From: Ramazzottius varieornatus
Lineage: Eukaryota > Animalia > Tardigrada
NCBI GenBank assembly: GCA_001949185.1
Contig: BDGG01000003.1
Coordinates: 2,359,663 to 2,423,662, forward strand
Length of the DNA: 64,000 nt
Direction of reading: 5' to 3'
Positions within the stretch are counted from its first letter, which is position 1. Each line of letters begins with the position of its first letter. This document shows, piece by piece, positions 58,721 to 64,000 of the stretch. Under the pieces are notes generated by a model. That model ran no database searches. It had not been told where the DNA came from and saw nothing but the letters and a program-made list of their open reading frames with translations. The position numbers and the translations under genes were made by a program.

Positions 58721-58960
58721 TTAGATGTTACCGCTGCCGATTCCCGCTCCAGCCGTGGAGGGTAGGTCTTCCGGCTTATTGCTTTCTGTGGCGGCTTTTG
58801 TGATGTTGTTCTCCACGCGTTGTAAGGCATCTTCTCTTCCTTTTGGCATGGCTTCCATGGCTTCTGTAGCCGCGTTTTTCTCCATTTGATCCCCAACTGC
58901 GTTGGAGTGGTGCTGGAGCTTACTGTTGGAGACAATATCCAAGTGATCGTTTCTGTCCAT
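58721..58960 (-). CDS. Small hydrophilic putative protein (79 aa)
   Basis: MDRNDHLDIV...GDQMEKNAATEAMEAMPKGREDALQRVENN...; no Cys, Trp, Phe or Tyr; TATAAGAAA ~125 bp upstream on the minus strand. Confidence 0.45.
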   Translation of the reverse strand: MDRNDHLDIVSNSKLQHHSNAVGDQMEKNAATEAMEAMPKGREDALQRVENNITKAATESNKPEDLPSTAGAGIGSGNI

Positions 58961-60707
58961 TCTTCGGGGCTCGTCCGACCATAGATCTCCGCAGAACTCT
59001 CGCACAACTTTCAGACTTGGGTACACACTGAATTTGGTCGCGGTCAGCGCTTCACTTCTTTACGCGACAAGGTTGTGTTTCTTATAGGGTCTTGGTGCTC
59101 GCAGCTGCGCAAAATTTGCCCAGAGCGACGCTCATGTGGTCCCTCCGTCTCTCATGAACACGCGTACGTGAATGTGTTACGTAATTTGTTTCATGTTGAA
59201 ACTACATTGTATTGTTCGTTTGTCGTTCGCCAGCCATCTCCTAACCGAAAACCGGAGAAAGAAAGTATCTTATCAGCCAGTCGAAGGAACAGTCAAGTCG
59301 CGAGAGAAAAAATAACTATTTATGGTTTCAGGATCTGGCTCATTACCGGTTTACGAAATTTACGCTTTTGCAAGGGGTCGTCACGTCTACTTCTCCCTTC
59401 TGTCAGAGTTACTCGTTCGCCGATGTGATCCTTTAACGTCCAGGCAGACGTCTGCCAAGGCATGGGTCGTAGACGAACAGCTTCCGTCGTCTCTTCTGCC
59501 CGACGTTCCATGGGAGCTCGTGGAGCACGACCCTGAGTCCCTGACTGACAATCGATGAAACATTCATTGAAAAAAGACCAGATTGCAGACCTGTTTAATA
59601 CCTCCAGCCGCCTCTGTTGAATAACAATATGTCGTCTTTCGACTTCGTCGTAGTCTCCAAAGTGCTTGCTCCTGGAAGAAGTTCATTCACGGTGAAGCTT
59701 GCACTTTTCGTAGGTCAAAACAGCAAAACTGTACCAAGACAAAACATCCGCAGTGCGACCTTCTCTTTTGCGTACAGTCTGTTTAACTAAACTAAGTGTC
59801 TTTGGCCTTCAGCAAGAAACAGTCCAATGAGTAATTAGCTTCGGAGTATGAAAGTTTTACTGTGCCGTCTTTTGTACAATGTTCAGGACCAAAAGCTACC
59901 TAACAGGTGGTCGAAAACGGAAATAGCGGAAGTTACTGTAGCTGCGGCTGCGATGGCGTCATCGGCAACGATGACGATCAGTCGGAAAGGACAGAAGCGG
60001 GCTGATGAGCGTTCTGTAGGTCCGATGGTGAGGACTTCAGTGAAGCATAAACCCATAAAAAAGTGCGCCAGGCTCCGTGCCTCTCGCTTCTTTTGGTTTA
60101 GTGACGATGGCCGGTCATCCATCATGATTGATGAATGTCCATGGGGAAAACAATGCCACCCGCATTCCCTCATTGGCTTCAATTGGAAACTTATGAATGC
60201 GCAGCTTGACACCAAGAGTATAGAGCCATTAAAAGTCCCACCCTCTTCCACGGCGGCTTAATTTACGGCTTAGCTGCCTTTATAACTTGGTACCTTCCCC
60301 CAGCTCACGCACATAAGCCTATTCAATCACTGCGACAGTGCAGTAAAGATATGGATAAGTAAGGAGTGCGGCAAATTCAGCTTCACTTGGCTGCTTCCGG
60401 AAGGAAGCCAGGATCTTGAGTGCACTCATGACGTGTGAAAGATGTCAGATGTCGATGTATAGCTTTTAACGCGATTTCACCCAGTCTCTCAGCGGACCCG
60501 GCAGCGGAACCTTCATTATCTCGATACATCACGGTCCCCGAAAGGAGTTCCTTTCGAGCATGAACTGGACTGAAGAATTTCACTCCGTTAGACGCTGATA
60601 TACACCACCATCCACGCTAGAACGGCAAAACAGCGTCAAGAGATTACAAATACGACTCATAACAATCTTGTTTTCCTTGCATTTTATTCAGGAAAGGACA
60701 CTCAGCC

Positions 60708-63700
60708 ATGGCGAACCACACGGTGAGTTGGTCGTTCAGTTTCGGTCGCTTTTTCAATTATCAGTTGGCTCTTCGCAAGCTGCGCTTTCCGTTATAACTT
60801 CTCGAGCCACATCTACGCAATTGTTCCGTAGACAATTGCTTTCTATCGAGTTCCCCCTTATTCAAATTGCGACGTGAGCAAATGAGGTGAACATGATCAA
60901 TCCAAATGGCGCACGTTTCCAGTGTTTTTGGCCCGAGGCGTGCGCCATTTAGGAGAACAATCAAATGTTCCAGTCATTTGCCGAAGTCCCAATTGTCTTC
61001 GAATCGCCGATATAAAAAGGGTCGAAAGGTGAATGAAAGTGAGCAACGTAAACTCGTCAAAAGACATACTAGTTTTTCGATAACAAGCTCAATTGAATAT
61101 GATAATTCGGAGTGAGATTTCAATTCAGATTCTCGATATTGGCCGGAAGTCCGCAGTGTGACTGCCAGTAAAATAGCTTACATGCGGAAGTGAAATATCC
61201 AGCTCGCTCGGTTGTTGAGTTCCCGTTGTGGTAGTGCGGGAACGGGGACCTCGTAGTCTGTGAGCATGAGAAGCTGTGTACGCAAGGTCCGCTGTTCTTG
61301 ATCTTGAACTGTGAGCGAACATGTAAGCAAGAGCTGGAAGGGAAGAAGGAGCATAGTGTTGGTAGGGTCTGCTAGGATTGACGTTTCTTTTATTACAACC
61401 CGTAACGCATATTCAAAAATCATTTGCATCGATCCAGGCACTCAACTGGCCGCGGTTACGACGGAAGTCCCGAACGCGACGCTCAGGATCCGCTGATGTC
61501 TTTCTTCAGTCGTCAACTTATCTCTCCGTCAGAAGCGCATCTGGTGTACTCTCCTTATCCATGTTGCAGAAAGAAGCTATGCAATACCGGTAAGTGATTC
61601 TAAAGCCTCTCTGTGATTCTAAAGCGATTTCCTAACAGAAAAACCAAATTTTTATCCCAAGAACTCTTCGGAGTTGAACGGATTAGCGATCTTTGGCGTT
61701 GTGGTTTTCAATACAGTTTTGCAGGCGGGTCTTCGGGTCCTTTCTCTGTACGGAAAGCAGGCGAAAAATAATGTAGTGAGAAAAATAGATTGACTTGTCA
61801 GTATTCTATGATTTGTATGAATTTGCTGATTGAATGGTCTGGTTTTGCGACAGCTGCGCCCACAATGTCTCCTTTTTGCCGGGAAATGTCTGCGGTGGAG
61901 GTTTTAATTTTGGTCCGTCATCATGCTGTAAAAAGACCATGTAATCACTTTACGTGTTGGACAAATTCAATATTGGAGGAGCTTGACTTTGAGACGTGGC
62001 ATCAGGAATCGATTGAGCAAAGTGCGCAAGTTTTCCGTTTGACAATGTCGACTTGATCATTTGAGCACAGTTTTCGGGGTTGTTAGTTTGCAGTCACGAC
62101 CTTTCCTCATATCGATTTTTTTTATTTTATCAATACAGGAATTTAGGGAACTCAGGGCTGCGAGTTTCTCGAATAGGCCTCGCCTTGGGGCTCTCCTCCA
62201 ATTACCAGCCACGACACAACGCCGCAACCCACTGCTCCAGCGTTCCCAACCTCAACGCCCATGGCACCGCACTCACCGAAGAGCAGGCCGATCAACTAAT
62301 TACTGCCGCTTACGATAGCGGTATCAATTATTTCGATACGTTCGACGCTGAGCAAATTGGGCGGTAAGGTCTTCGAAGTCTAACAAAGATTCGGGAAAAA
62401 ACCAGAATATTTTGACGTGGCATGGGCACACGAACTGAACCGGAACATCGTTTCAAGTGGCACACGTTTTTTCTGTGACTGACTGGAAGTCCGCGCCACT
62501 TGACAACATTCTGGCTCGAATCCTTTGCCCACCTCTCAAACAATATGGAACGTCCAAAATAGGAATCAGGCATGCGCTTAATGCTGTACAGTCCCACGGT
62601 ACCCTGATTTCTATCTTAGACGACAAGAGGGCTCACGAAGTCTCAAAAAATATCCAAGGAACTCCAACGTCATATTCTTTAAACAGTAGGCACGCTTTAC
62701 CTATTTAAGTTCGAGGTACTGTTTGTTGGATTGAACGGTATCGAGCAATAGCACCCTAGAGATCTCACGTGGGTTCAAAACGATTATGAGGTTTGTGTAA
62801 CAGGCTTCTGTTTGTAGGACGGAGCTCATGCTAGGGAAGACACTGAAGAAGCGGAAATGGAGGTGAGTTACGCAATGCATATCATCTAGATCGGGAATGA
62901 GATCTATAGATATCTCTTGATCCCCCCTCAGACTTATCGGGAATCAATTTATTTATCACCTAGTTGTTTCTCGATCCATTACATGTAGGCGTTCGAGCTA
63001 CGTGGTGTCAGTACGGGTCTACAGAAGTGGCGGGTAATTATCAATAAATAAATTTTGTTATCTGTGTCAGTGTCTTATCGAAAATTGCTGTAAGTTCCTC
63101 TTTTGTTACAGATCCGAGACAGAGAAAGGTCTTTCTAGGAAGCACGTTGTGGAAAGCTGCTCGTACAGCCTTGAGAGACTCGGCCTGGCTTATGTGGACC
63201 TTGTTTGCGCACAAGGAAGAGACCGCACACCCGTCGAAGGTAGCCTTTCTCCACCTACCTGCTAGCCCACTTTTGTTTGCATCGATAATTTTCAAGGATT
63301 TTATCCAAATAATTAAATAAAATAATAACGCATGCATGAACCTGATCGCTTGTGTCTCACAGTGGTACTGTGGTTTGGTGTATGCAGGTGCATGAAAGTG
63401 GCCCTTCCGTCTTGCGAACTACTGTATCTACTTTCAAAATATATACAATCTCTTTATTAATTTTGGACTTCATTCTCTTTTTGATTGATATTCATTTCCT
63501 GTTGTAGAGATTGTCCGAGCTTTCAACTGGGTGATCGAGAAAGGTTGGGCGTTCTACTGGACGACGTCAAACTGGACTCCCGAGCAAGTGATGGAAGCGT
63601 TCACCGTCGCAAAGTATTTAAATCTAATCCCGCCGCTTGTCAATCACGCCGAATACAACTTCTTCAAGCGTGATGCTGTCGAGCTTGTCGTTCCAGAACT

Positions 63701-64000
63701 TCTGTGCAATATCGGTAAGTACTGAACGCTTTTGTTAACTCCATGAACAGATTCGTTCGTCGGTTGTCTAACGACCTTTACCCTGGACCTGACATTTCTC
63801 TTTCAGGCTGCGGGTGTGTGACGTCTTCAGCTCTTCATGGAGGCTTACTCAACATCGACAGCGCCATTGATGGTCCTTCCGAACAAAGCGACGACCCTAC
63901 AACAAAAGCGCACCCTAAAGCCATGGAAGTCAACCTGGAACACCGAGAGTTTTTCAGTAAAATTAAGTATCTGTTGCCGGTAGCAGACCAGATTTCCTGC
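60708..64000 (+). CDS. Voltage-gated K+ channel beta subunit (KCNAB/Hyperkinetic-like aldo-keto reductase fold), 3' truncated by window end
   Basis: MQYR|NLGNSGLRVS; AYDSGINYFDT; LGKTLKKRKWR|RSSYVV; GLSRKHVVES..SLERLGLAYVDLV; EIVRAFNWVIEKGWAFYWTTSNW; AEYNFFKRDAVE..PEL. The 5' start is tentative. Confidence 0.9.
60903..60951. repeat. Palindromic element copy 15 (Kv-beta intron)
   Basis: CAAATGGCGCAC-N25-GTGCGCCATTTA; both arms are changed at the same paired position (G>A and C>T). Confidence 0.9.
62454..62502. repeat. Palindromic element copy 16 (Kv-beta intron)
   Basis: CAAGTGGCACAC-N25-CCGCGCCACTTG; flanks gggcacacgaac...tcctttgccc. Confidence 0.82.

Noticed and set aside
59300-60260. Possible decayed MULE/SWIM transposase (LLCRLLY...LPNRWSK)
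   Set aside because: The resemblance is too weak: SWIM Cys/His ligands are missing and frames are interrupted. A TBLASTN/HMM search would be needed.
6959-62502. Conserved palindromic repeats with fixed-length variable spacers as a CRISPR-like or attC cassette array
   Set aside because: Copies are dispersed singly in eukaryotic introns rather than tandem, the spacers share a consensus, and no cas or integrase gene is present.
1-64000. tRNA, rRNA or snoRNA genes
   Set aside because: None recognisable by eye; tRNAscan-SE/Infernal would be needed to exclude them.

Overview
Eukaryotic (metazoan) genomic DNA: gene-dense, with mostly very short (~55-100 nt) GT-AG introns and one 50-N assembly gap (12078-12127). 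Gene content (nidogen, Mcr/TEP6, Kv-beta) indicates an invertebrate animal. Compactness plus a plant-type UGT is reminiscent of a tardigrade, but that is inference only. Genes recognised by eye, in order: nidogen (-, truncated by window start), PDCD4 (+), plant-type soluble UDP-glycosyltransferase (-), KIAA0513-like (+), an N-acylated low-complexity protein (-), alpha-endosulfine (+), CDK11 (+), an Asx-like DEUBAD protein apparently lacking a PHD finger (+), an unidentified multi-exon gene (-), SPAG16/PF20-like (+), Mcr/TEP6 (-), CCDC65/DRC2 (-), TSC22/bunched (-), ZDHHC5/8 (-), RPL28 (+), two small related hydrophilic ORFs (-) and a Kv-beta/Hyperkinetic-like gene (+, truncated). The most striking unexplained signal is a ~135-bp palindromic element found in 16 copies, about 15 of them in introns. 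Its core is CAAGTGGCGCAC-N24/25-GTGCGCCACTTG, with almost invariant spacer length despite strong divergence elsewhere. The window also holds several foldback or non-autonomous DNA transposon relics (Tc1-like with 420-bp TIRs, pogo-like, FLYWCH/MULE-like, a ~650-bp hairpin). Exon boundaries were inferred manually and are approximate.
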